Assembly: GCA_964016885.1 (NCBI GenBank) | Contig: OZ024747.1 | Location: 11,718,001 to 11,782,000, forward strand | Direction of reading: 5' to 3' | DNA: 64,000 nt | Origin: Eledone cirrhosa | Taxonomy: Eukaryota | Part shown: one piece after another, positions 37,058 through 49,000 of the stretch | How the letters are laid out: each line of letters begins with the position of its first letter | Numbering within the stretch: the first letter of the stretch is position 1 | The notes under the pieces: model-generated | Told to the model about the DNA's origin: nothing | Database searches by the model: none | What the model saw: the letters and a program-made list of their open reading frames with translations, nothing else | Made by a program: the position numbers and the translations under genes

Positions 37058-40000
37058 CTGTTGTTGTAGTTTTTGTTTGTGGCTCTATTGCTGTTGTTGT
37101 AGTTTTTGTTTGTGGCTCTATTGCTGTTGTTGTAGTTTTTGTTTGTGGTTCTATTGCTGTTGTTGTTGTAGTTTTTGTTTGTGGTTCTATTGCTGTTGTT
37201 GTAGTTTTTGTTTGTGGTTCTATTGCTGTTGTTGTAGTAGTTTTTGTTTGTGGTTCTATTGTTGTTGTTGTAGTAGTTTTTGTTTGTGGTTCTATTGCTG
37301 TTGTAGTAGTTTTTGTTTGTGGTTCTATTGCTGTTGTAGTAGTTTTTGTTTGTGGTTCTATTGCTGTTGTTGTTGTAGTTTTTGTTTGTGGTTCTATTGC
37401 TGTTGTTGTAGTTTTTGTTTGTGGTTCTATTGCTGTTGTTGTAGTAGTTTTTGTTTGTGGTTCTATTGCTGTTGTTGTAGTTTTTGTTTGTGGTTCTATT
37501 GCTGCTGTTGCAGTAGTTTTTGTTTGTGGTTCTATTGCTGTTGTAGTAGTTTTTGTTTGTGGTTCTATTGCTGTTGTAGTAGTTTTTTGTTTGTGGTTCT
37601 ATTGCTGTTGTAGTAGTTTTTGTTTGTGGTTCTATTGCTGTTGTTTTAGTAGTTTTTGTTTGTGGTTCTATTGCTGTTGTTGTTGTAGTTTTTGTTTGTG
37701 GTTCTATTGCTGTTGTTGTTGTAGTTTTTGTTTGTGGTTCTATTGCTGCTGTTGCAGTAGTTTTTGTTTGTGGTTCTATTGCTGTTGTAGTAGTTTTTGT
37801 TTGTGGTTCTATTGCTGTTGTTGTTGTAGTTTTTGTTTGTGGTTCTATTGCTGTTGTTGTTGTAGTTTTTGTTTGTGGTTCTATTGCTGTTGTTGTAGTA
37901 GTTTTTGTTTGTGGTTCTATTGCTGTTGTTGTAGTTTTTGTTTGTGGTTCTATTGCTGTTGTAGTAGTTTTTGTTTGTGGTTCTATTGCTGTTGTAGTAG
38001 TTTTTGTTTGTGGTTCTATTGCTGTTGTTGTTGTAGTTTTTGTTTGTGGTTCTATTGCTGTTGTTGTTGTAGTTTTTGTTTGTGGTTCTATTGCTGCTGT
38101 TGCAGTAGTTTTTGTTTGTGGTTCTATTGCTGTTGTAGTAGTTTTTGTTTGTGGTTCTATTGCTGTTGTTGTTGTAGTTTTTGTTTGTGGTTCTATTGCT
38201 GTTGTAGTAGTTTTTGTTTGTGGTTCTATTGCTGTTGTAGTAGTTTTTGTTTGTGGTTCTATTGCTGTTGTTGTAGTAGTTTTTGTTTGTGGTTCTATTG
38301 CTGTTGTTGTTGTAGTTTTTGTTTGTGGTTCTATTGCTGTTGTTGTTGTAGTTTTTGTTTGTGGTTCTATTGCTGCTGTTGCAGTAGTTTTTGTTTGTGG
38401 TTCTATTGCTGTTGTAGTAGTTTTTGTTTGTGGTTCTATTGCTGTTGTTGTTGTAGTTTTTGTTTGTGGTTCTATTGCTGTTGTTGTTGTAGTTTTTGTT
38501 TGTGGTTCTATTGCTGTTGTTGTAGTAGTTTTTGTTTGTGGTTCTATTGCTGTTGTTGTTGTAGTTTTTGTTTGTGGTTCTATTGCTGTTGTTGTTGTAG
38601 TTTTTGTTTGTGGTTCTATTGCTGTTGTTGTAGTTTTTGTTTGTGGTTCTATTGCTGTTGTTGTAGTTTTTGTTTGTGGTTCTATTGCTGCTGTTGCAGT
38701 AGTTTTTGTTTGTGGTTCTATTGCTGTTGTAGTAGTTTTTGTTTGTGGTTCTATTGCTGTTGTTGTTGTAGTTTCTGTTTGTGGTTCTATTGCTGTTGTT
38801 GTTGTAGTTTTTGTTTGTGGTTCTATTGCTGTTGTTGTAGTAGTTTTTGTTTGTGGTTCTATTGCTGTTGTTGTAGTTTTTGTTTGTGGTTCTATTGCTG
38901 TTGTTGTAGTTTTTGTTTGTGGTTCTATTGCTGTTGTTGTAGTTTTTGTTTGTGGTTCTATTGCTGTTGTAGTAGTTTTTGTTTGTGGTTCTATTGCTGT
39001 TGTAGTAGTTTTTGTTTGTGGTTCTATTGCTGTTGTTGTTGTAGTTTTTGTTTGTGGTTCTATTGCTGCTGTTGCAGTAGTTTTTGTTTGTGGTTCTATT
39101 GCTGTTGTAGTAGTTTTTGTTTGTGGTTCTATTGCTGTTGTTGTTGTAGTTTTTGTTTGTGGTTCTATTGCTGTTGTAGTAGTTTTTGTTTGTGGTTCTA
39201 TTGCTGTTGTAGTAGTTTTTGTTTGTGGTTCTATTGCTGTTGTTGTAGTAGTTTTTGTTTGTGGTTCTATTGCTGTTGTTGTAGTTTTTGTTTGTGGTTC
39301 TATTGCTGTTGTTGTTGTAGTTTTTGTTTGTGGTTCTATTGCTGTTGTTGTTGTAGTTTTTGTTTGTGGTTCTATTGCTGTTGTTGTAGTAGTTTTTGTT
39401 TGTGGTTCTATTGCTGTTGTTGTTGTAGTTTTTGTTTGTGGTTCTATTGCTGTTGTTGTTGTAGTTTTTGTTTGTGGTTCTATTGCTGTTGTTGTAGTTT
39501 TTGTTTGTGGTTCTATTGCTGTTGTTGTAGTTTTTGTTTGTGGTTCTATTGCTGTTGTTGTAGTTTTTGTTTGTGGTTCTATTGCTGTTGTAGTAGTTTT
39601 TGTTTGTGGTTCTATTGCTGTTGTTGTAGTAGTTTTTGTTTGTGGTTCTATTGCTGTTGTTGTTGTAGTTTTTGTTTGTGGTTCTATTGCTGTTGTTGTA
39701 GTAGTTTTTGTTTGTGGTTCTATTGCTGTTGTTGTTGTAGTTTTTGTTTGTGGTTCTATTGCTGTTGTTGTAGTAGTTTTTGTTTGTGGTTCTATTGCTG
39801 CTGTTGCAGTAGTTTTTGTTTGTGGTTCTATTGCTGTTGTAGTAGTTTTTGTTTGTGGTTCTATTGCTGTTGTTGTTGTAGTTTTTGTTTGTGGTTCTAT
39901 TGCTGTTGTTGTTGTAGTTTTTGTTTGTGGTTCTATTGCTGTTGTTGTAGTAGTTTTTGTTTGTGGTTCTATTGCTGCTGTTGTAGTAGTTTTTGTTTGT

Positions 40001-43000
40001 GGTTCTATTGCTGTTCTTGTAGTAGTTTTTGTTTGTGGTTCTATTGCTGTTGTTGTAGTTTTTGTTTGTGGTTCTATTGCAGTTGTTGTAGTTTTTGTTT
40101 GTGGTTCTATTGCTGTTGTTGTAGTTTTTGTTTGTGGTTCTATTGCTGTTGTAGTAGTTTTTGTTTGTGGTTCTATTGCTGTTGTAGAAGTTTTTGTTTG
40201 TGGTTCTATTGCTGTTGTAGTAGTTTTTGTTTGTGGTTCTATTGCTGTTGTAGTAGTTTTTGTTTGTGGTTCTATTGCTGTTGTTGTAGTAGTTTTTGTT
40301 TGTGGTTCTATTGCTGTTGTTGTTGTAGTTTTTGTTTGTGGTTCTATTGCTGTTGTTGTTGTAGTTTTTGTTTGTGGTTCTATTGCTGTTGTTGCAGTAG
40401 TTTTTGTTTGTGGTTCTATTGCTGTTGTAGTAGTTTTTGTTTGTGGTTCTATTGCTGTTGTTGTTGTAGTTTTTGTTTGTGGTTCTATTGCTGTTGTTGT
40501 TGTAGTTTTTGTTTGTGGTTCTATTGCTGTTGTTGTAGTAGTTTTTGTTTGTGGTTCTATTGCTGTTGTTGTTGTAGTTTTTGTTTGTGGTTCTATTGCT
40601 GTTGTTGTTGTAGTTTTTGTTTGTGGTTCTATTGCTGTTGTTGTAGTTTTTGTTTGTGGTTCTATTGCTGTTGTTGTAGTTTTTGTTTGTGGTTCTATTG
40701 CTGCTGTTGCAGTAGTTTTTGTTTGTGGTTCTATTGCTGTTGTAGTAGTTTTTGTTTGTGGTTCTATTGCTGTTGTTGTTGTAGTTTCTGTTTGTGGTTC
40801 TATTGCTGTTGTTGTTGTAGTTTTTGTTTGTGGTTCTATTGCTGTTGTTGTAGTAGTTTTTGTTTGTGGTTCTATTGCTGTTGTTGTAGTTTTTGTTTGT
40901 GGTTCTATTGCTGTTGTTGTAGTTTTTGTTTGTGGTTCTATTGCTGTTGTTGTAGTTTTTGTTTGTGGTTCTATTGCTGTTGTAGTAGTTTTTGTTTGTG
41001 GTTCTATTGCTGTTGTAGTAGTTTTTGTTTGTGGTTCTATTGCTGTTGTTGTTGTAGTTTTTGTTTGTGGTTCTATTGCTGCTGTTGCAGTAGTTTTTGT
41101 TTGTGGTTCTATTGCTGTTGTAGTAGTTTTTGTTTGTGGTTCTATTGCTGTTGTTGTTGTAGTTTTTGTTTGTGGTTCTATTGCTGTTGTAGTAGTTTTT
41201 GTTTGTGGTTCTATTGCTGTTGTAGTAGTTTTTGTTTGTGGTTCTATTGCTGTTGTTGTAGTAGTTTTTGTTTGTGGTTCTATTGCTGTTGTTGTAGTTT
41301 TTGTTTGTGGTTCTATTGCTGTTGTTGTTGTAGTTTTTGTTTGTGGTTCTATTGCTGTTGTTGTTGTAGTTTTTGTTTGTGGTTCTATTGCTGTTGTTGT
41401 AGTAGTTTTTGTTTGTGGTTCTATTGCTGTTGTTGTTGTAGTTTTTGTTTGTGGTTCTATTGCTGTTGTTGTTGTAGTTTTTGTTTGTGGTTCTATTGCT
41501 GTTGTTGTAGTTTTTGTTTGTGGTTCTATTGCTGTTGTTGTAGTTTTTGTTTGTGGTTCTATTGCTGTTGTTGTAGTTTTTGTTTGTGGTTCTATTGCTG
41601 TTGTAGTAGTTTTTGTTTGTGGTTCTATTGCTGTTGTTGTAGTAGTTTTTGTTTGTGGTTCTATTGCTGTTGTTGTTGTAGTTTTTGTTTGTGGTTCTAT
41701 TGCTGTTGTTGTAGTAGTTTTTGTTTGTGGTTCTATTGCTGTTGTTGTTGTAGTTTTTGTTTGTGGTTCTATTGCTGTTGTTGTAGTAGTTTTTGTTTGT
41801 GGTTCTATTGCTGCTGTTGCAGTAGTTTTTGTTTGTGGTTCTATTGCTGTTGTAGTAGTTTTTGTTTGTGGTTCTATTGCTGTTGTTGTTGTAGTTTTTG
41901 TTTGTGGTTCTATTGCTGTTGTTGTTGTAGTTTTTGTTTGTGGTTCTATTGCTGTTGTTGTAGTAGTTTTTGTTTGTGGTTCTATTGCTGCTGTTGTAGT
42001 AGTTTTTGTTTGTGGTTCTATTGCTGTTCTTGTAGTAGTTTTTGTTTGTGGTTCTATTGCTGTTGTTGTAGTTTTTGTTTGTGGTTCTATTGCAGTTGTT
42101 GTAGTTTTTGTTTGTGGTTCTATTGCTGTTGTTGTAGTTTTTGTTTGTGGTTCTATTGCTGTTGTAGTAGTTTTTGTTTGTGGTTCTATTGCTGTTGTAG
42201 AAGTTTTTGTTTGTGGTTCTATTGCTGTTGTTGTAGTAGTTTTTGTTTGTGGTTCTATTGCTGTTGTTGTTGTAGTTTTTGTTTGTGGTTCTATTGCTGT
42301 TGTTGTTGTAGTTTTTGTTTGTGGTTCTATTGCTGCTGTTGCAGTAGTTTTTGTTTGTGGTTCTATTGCTGTTGTAGTAGTTTTTGTTTGTGGTTCTATT
42401 GCTGTTGTTGTTTTTAGTTTTTGTTTGTGGTTCTATTGCTGTTGTTGTAGTATTTTTTGTTTGTGGTTCTATTGCTGTTGTTGTTGTAGTTTTTGTTTGT
42501 GGTTCTATTCCTGTTGTTGTTGTAGTTTTTGTTTGTGGTTCTATTGCTGTTGTTGTAGTAGTTTTTGTTTGTGGTTCTATTGCTGTTGTAGTAGTAGTTT
42601 TTGTTTGTGGTTCTATTGCTGTTGTAGTAGTAGTTTTTGTTTGTGGTTCTATTGCTGTTGTTGTTGTAGTTTTTGTTTGTGGTTCTATTGCTGTTGTTGT
42701 AGTAGTTTTTGTTTGTGGTTCTATTGCTGTTGTAGTAGTAGTTTTTGTTTGTGGTTCTATTGCTGTTGTTGTTGTAGTTTTTGTTTGTGGTTCTATTGCT
42801 GTTGTTGTTTTTAGTTTTTGTTTGTGGTTCTATTGCTGTTGTTGTAGTTTTTGTTTGTGGTTCTATTGCTGCTGTTGTAGTAGTTTTTGTTTGTGGTTCT
42901 ATTGCTGTTGTTGTTGTAGTTTTTGTTTGTGGCTCTATTGCTGTTGTTGTAGTAGTTTTTGTTTGTGGTTCTATTGCTGTTGTAGTAGTAGTTTTTGTTT

Positions 43001-46000
43001 GTGGTTCTATTGCTGTTGTTGTAGTAGTTTTTGTTTGTGGTTCTATTGCTGTTGTTGTAGTAGTTTTTGTTTGTGGTTCTATTGCTGTTGTTGTAGTAGT
43101 TTTTGTTTGTGGTTCTATTGCTGTTGTTGTAGTAGTTTTTGTTTGTGGTTCTATTGCTGTTGTAGTAGTAGTTTTTGTTTGTGGTTCTATTGCTGTTGTT
43201 GTTTTTAGTTTTTGTTTGTGGTTCTATTGCTGTTGTTGTAGTTTTTGTTTGTGGTTCTATTGCTGCTGTTGTAGTAGTTTTTGTTTGTGGTTCTATTGCT
43301 GTTGTTGTTGTAGTTTTTGTTTGTGGTTCTATTGCTGTTGTTGTTGTAGTTTTTGTCTGTGGTTCTATTGCTTTTATTGTAGTAGTTTTTGTTTGTGGTT
43401 CTATTGCTGTTGTTGTTGTAGTTTTTGTTTGTGGCTCTATTGCTGTTGTTGTTGTAGTTTTTGTTTGTGGTTCTATTGCTGTTGTTGTTGTAGTTTTTGT
43501 TTGTGGTTCTATTTCTGCTATTGTAGTTTCTGCTTGTGGTTCTATTGCTGTTGTTGTAGTAGTTTTTGTATGTGGTTCTATTGCTGTTGTTGTAGTTTTT
43601 GTTTGTGGTTCTATTGCTGTTGTTGTCGTAGTTTTTGTTTGTGGTTCTATTGCTGTTGTTGTAGTTTTTGTTTGTGGTTCTATTGCTGTTGTTGTTGTAG
43701 TTTTTGTTTGTGTTTCTATTGCTGTTGTAGTAGTTTTTGTTTGTGTTTCTATTGCTGTTGTAGTAGAAGTTTTTGTTTGTGGTTCTATTGCTGTTGTTGT
43801 TGTAGTTTTTGTTTGTGGTTCTATTGGTGTTGTAGTAGAAGTTTTTGTTTGTGGTTCTATTGCTGTTGTTGTAGTAGTTGTTTGTGGTTCTATTGCTCTT
43901 GTTGTAGTTTTTGTTTGTGTTTCTATTGCTGTTGTAGTTTTTGTTTGTGGTTCTATTGCTGTTGTTGTAGTAGTTTTGGTTTGTGGTTCTATTGCTGTTG
44001 TTGCAGTAGTTTTTGTTTGTGGTTATATTGCTGTTTTTGTAGTTTTTGTTTGTGGTTCTATTGCTGTTGTTGTAGTAGTTTTTGTTTGTGGTTCTATTGC
44101 TGTTGTAGTAGTTTTTGCTTGTGGTTCTATTGCTCTTGTTGTAGTTTTTGTTTGTGGTTCTATTGCTGTTGTTGTAGTTTTTGTTTGTGGTTCTTTTGCT
44201 CTTGTTGTTGTAGTTTCTGTATGTGGGTCTATTGCTGTTGTTGTAGTTTTTGTTTGTGGTTCTATTGCTGTTGTTGTTGTAGTTTTTGTTTGCGGTTCTA
44301 TTGCTGTTGTTGTAGTAGTTTTTGTTTGTGGTTCTATTGCTGTGTTGTTGTAGTTTTTGTTTGTGGTTCTATTGCTGTTGTAGTAGAAGTTTTTGTTTGT
44401 GGTTCTATTGCTGTTGTTGTTGTAGTTTTTGTTTGTGGTTCTACTGCTATTGTTGTAGTTCTTGTTTGTTGTTCTATTGCTGTTGTTGTTGTAGTTTTTG
44501 TTTGTGGTTCTATTGCTGTTGTTGTAATTTTTGTTTGTGGTTCTATTGCTGTTGTAATAGTAGTTTTTGTTTGTGGTTCTATTGCTGTTGTTGTAGTTCT
44601 TGTTTGTTGTTCTATTGCTGTTGTTGTTGTAGTTTTTGATTGTGGTTCTATTGCTGTTGTTGTAGTAGTTTTTGTTTGTGGTTCTATTGCTGTTGTTGTA
44701 GTTTTTGTTTGTGGTTCTATTGCTGTTGTTGTTTTTAGTTTTTGTTTGTGGTTCTATTGCTGTTGTTGTAGTTTTTGTTTGTGGTTCTATTGCTGCTGTT
44801 GTAGTAGTTTTTGTTTGTGGTTCTATTGCTGTTGTTGTTGTAGTTTTTGTTTGTGGCTCTATTGCTGTTGTTGTAGTAGTTTTGGTTTGTGGTTCTATTG
44901 CTGTTGTAGTAGTAGTTTTTGTTTGTGGTTCTATTGCTGTTGTTGTAGTAGTTTTTGTTTGTGGTTCTATTGCTGTTGTTGTAGTAGTTTTTGTTTGTGG
45001 TTCTATTGCTGTTGTAGTAGTAGTTTTTGTTTGTGGTTCTATTGCTGTTGTTGTAGTAGTTTTTGTTTGTGGTTCTATTGCTGCTATAGTAGTAGTTTTT
45101 GTTTGTGGTTCTATTGCTGTTGTTGTAGTAGTTTTTGTTTGTGGTTCTATTGCTGTTGTTGTAGTAGTTTTTGTGTGTGGTTCTATTGCTGTTGTAGTAG
45201 TAGTTCTTGTTTGTGGTTCTATTGCTGTTGTTGTAGTAGTTTTTGTTTGTGGTTCTATTGCTGTTGTTGTAGTAGTTTTTGTTTGTGGTTCTATTGCTGT
45301 TGTTGTAGTAGTTTTTGTTTGTGGTTCTATTGCTGTTGTAGTAGTAGTTTTTGTTTGTGGTTCTATTGCTGTTGTTGTTGTAGTTTTTGTTTGTGGTTCT
45401 ATTGCTGTTGTTGTTTTTAGTTTTTGTTTGTGGTTCTATTGCTGTTGTTGTTGTAGTTTTTGTTTGTGGTTCTATTGCTGTTGTTGTTGTAGTTTTTGTT
45501 TGTGGTTCTATTGCTGTTATTGTAGTAGTTTTTGTTTGTGGCTCTATTGCTGTTGTTGTTGTAGTTTTTGTTTGTGGTTCTATTGCTGTTGTTGTTGTAG
45601 TTTTTGTTTGTGGTTCTATTTCTGCTATTGTAGTTTCTGCTTGTGGTTCTATTGCTGTTGTTGTAGTAGTTTTTGTATGTGGTTCTATTGCTGTTGTTGT
45701 AGTTTTTGTTTGTGGTTCTATTGCTGTTGTTGTCGTAGTTTTTGTTTGTGTTTCTATTGCTGTTGTTGTTGTAGTTTTTGTTTGTGGTTCTATTGCTGTT
45801 GTAGTAGAAGTTTTTGTTTGTGGTTCTATTGCTGTTGTTGTTGTAGTTTTTGTTTGTGGTTCTATTGGTGTTGTAGTAGAAGTTTTTGTTTGTGGTTCTA
45901 TGGCTATTGTTGTAGTTGTTGTTTGTGGTTCTATTGCTCTTGTTGTAGTTTTTGTTTGTGTTTCTATTGCTGTTGTAGTTTTTGTTTGTGGTTCTATTGC

Positions 46001-49000
46001 TGTTTTTGTAGTAGTTTTTGTTTGTGGTTCTATTGCTGTTGTTGCAGTAGTTTTTGTTTGTGGTTATATTGCTGTTTTTGTAGTTTTTGTTTGTGGTTCT
46101 ATTGCTGTTGTTGTAGTAGTTTTTGTTTGTGGTTCTATTGCTGTTGTAGTAGTTTTTGCTTGTGGTTCTATTGCTCTTGTTGTAGTTTTTGTTTGTGGTT
46201 CTATTGCTGTTGTTGTAGTTTTTGTTTGTGGTTCTATTGCTGTTGTTGTAGTAGTTTTTGTTTGTGGTTCTATTGCTGTTGTAGGAGTTTTTGTTTGTGG
46301 TTCTATTGCTGTTGTTGTTGTAGATTTTGTTTGTGGTTCTATTGTTGTTGTTGTTGTAGTTTTTGTTTGTGGTTCTATTGCTGTTGTTGTTGTAGTTTTT
46401 GTTTGTGGTTCTATTGCTGTTGTTGTAGTAGTTTTTGTTTGTGGTTCTATTGCTGTTGTAGTAGAAGTTTTGTGAGTGGTTCTATTGCTGTTGTTGTTGT
46501 AGTTTTTGTTTGTGGTGCTATTGCTGTTGTTGTAGTAGTTTTTGTTTGTGGTTCGATTGCTGTTGTTGTAGTAGTTTTTGTTTGTGGTTCTATTGCTCTT
46601 GTTGTTGTAGTTTTTGTATGTGGGTCTATTGCTGTTGTTGTAGTTTTTGTTTGTGGTTCTATTGCTGTTGTTGTTGTAGTTTTTGTTTGCGGTTCTATTG
46701 CTGTTGTTGTAGTAGTTTTTGTTTGTGGTTCTATTGCTGTGTTGTTGTAGTTTTTGTTTGTGGTTCTATTGCTGTTGTAGTAGAAGTTTTTGTTTGTGGT
46801 TCTATTGCTGTTGTTGTTGTAGTTTTTGTTTGTGGTTCTACTGCTATTGTTGTAGTTCTTGTTTGTGGTTCTATTGCTGTTGTTGTTGTAGTTTTTGTTT
46901 CTGGTTCTATTGCTGTTGTTGTAGTTTTTGTTTGTGGTACTATTGCTGTTGTTGTAGTTTTTGTTTGTGGTTCTATTGCTGTTGTTGTTGTAGTTTTTGT
47001 TTGTGTTTCTATTGCTGTTGTAGTAGTTTTTGTTTGTGGTTCTATTGCTGTTGTAGTAGAAGTTTTTGTTTGTGGTTCTATTGCTGTTGTTGTTGTAGTT
47101 TTTGTTTGTGGTTCTATTGCTGTTGTTGTTGTAGTTTTTGTTAGTGGTTCTATTGCTGTTGTAGTAGTAGTTTTTGTTTGTGGTTCTATTGCTGTTGTAG
47201 TAGTTTTTGTTTGTGGTACTATTGCTGTTGTTGTAGTTTTTGTTTGTGGTTCTATTGCTACTGTTGTTGTAGTTTTTGTTTGTGGTTCTATTGCTGCTGT
47301 TGTAGTAGTTTTTAATTGTGGTTCTATTGCTGTTGTTGTAGTAGTTTTTGTTTGTGGTTCTATTGCTGTTGTAGTAGTTTTTGTTTGTGGTTCTATTGCT
47401 GTTGTTGTAGTAGTTTTTGTTTGTGGTTCTATTGCTGTTGTTGTTGTAACTGTTGTTTGTGGTTCCATTTCTGTTGTTGTAGTTTTTGTTTGTGGTTCTA
47501 TTGCTCTTGCTATAGTAGTTTTTGTTTGTGGTTCTATTGCTGTTGTTGTAGTAGTTTTTGTTTGTGGTTCTATTGCTGTTGTAGTAGTTTTTGTTTGTGG
47601 TTCTATTGCTGTTGTTGTAGTTTTTGTTTGTGGTTCTATTGCTGCTGTTGTAGTAGTTTTTGTTTGTGGTTCTATTGCTGTTGTTGTTGTAGATTTTGTT
47701 TGTGGTTCTATTGCTGTTGTTGTAGTAGTTTTTGATTGTGGTTCTATTGCTGTTGTTGTTGTAGTTTTTGTTTGTGGTTCTATTGCTGTTGTTGTCGTAG
47801 TTTTCGTTTGTGGTTCTATTGCTGTTGTTGTAGTAGTTTTTGTTTGTGGTTCTATTGTTGTTGTTGTTGTAGTTTTTGTTTGTGGTTCTATTGCTGTTGT
47901 TGTTGTAGTTTTGTTTGTGGTTCTATTGCCGTTGTTGTTGTAGTTTTTGTTTGTGGTTCTATTGCTTTTGTTGTTGTAGTTTTTGTTTGTTGTTCTATTG
48001 CTGTTGTTGTAGTAGTTTTTGTTTGTGGTTCTATTGCTGGTGTTGTAGTAGTTCTTGTTTGTCGTTCTATTGCTGTTGTAGTAGTTTTTGTTTGTCGTTC
48101 TATTGCTACTGTTGTTGTAGTTTTTGTTTATGGTTCTATTGCAGTTGTTGTAGTTTTTGTTAGTTGTTCTATTGCTGTTGTAGTAGTAGTTTTTGTTTGT
48201 GGTTCTATTGTGTTGTAGTAGTTTTTGTTTATGGTTCTATTGCTGTTGTTGTAGTTTTTGTTTGTGGTTCTATTGCTACTGTTGTTGTAGTTTTTGTTTG
48301 TGGGTCTATTGCTGTTGTTATAGTAGTTTTGTTTGTGGTTCTATTGCTGTTGTTGTAGTATTTTTTGTTTGTGGTTCTATTGCTGTTGTAGTAGTTTTTG
48401 TTTGTGGTTCTATTGCTGTTGTAGTAGTAGTTTTTGTTTGTGGTTCTATTGCTGTTGTTGTAGTAGTTTTTGTTTGTGGTTCTATTGCTGTTGTTGTAGT
48501 AGTTTTGTTTGTGGTTCTATTGATGTTGTAGTAGTTTTTGTTTGTGGTTCTATTGCTGTTGTTGTAGTTTTTGTCTGTGGTTCTATTGCTGTTGTAGTTT
48601 TTGTTTGTGGTTCTATTGCTCTTTTTGTAGCTTTTGTTTGTGGTTCTATTGAAGCTGTTGTAGTAGTTTTTATTTGTGGTTCTATTGCTGTTGTTGTAGT
48701 AGTTTTTGTTTGTGGTTCTATTGCTGTTGTAGTAGTTTTTGTTTGTGGTTCTATTGCTGTTGTTGTAGTAGTTTTTGTTTGTGGTCCTATTGCTGTTGTT
48801 GTAGTTTTTGTTTGTGGTTCTATTGCTGTTATTGTAGTAGTTTTTGTTTGTGGTTCTATTGCTGTGTTGTTGTAGTTTTTGTTTGTGGTTCTATTGCTGT
48901 TGTAGTAGAAGTTTTTGTTTGTGGTTCTATTGCTGTTGTTGTTGTAGCTTTTGTTTGTGTTTCTATTGCTGTTGTTTTAGTTTTTGTTTGTGGTTCTATT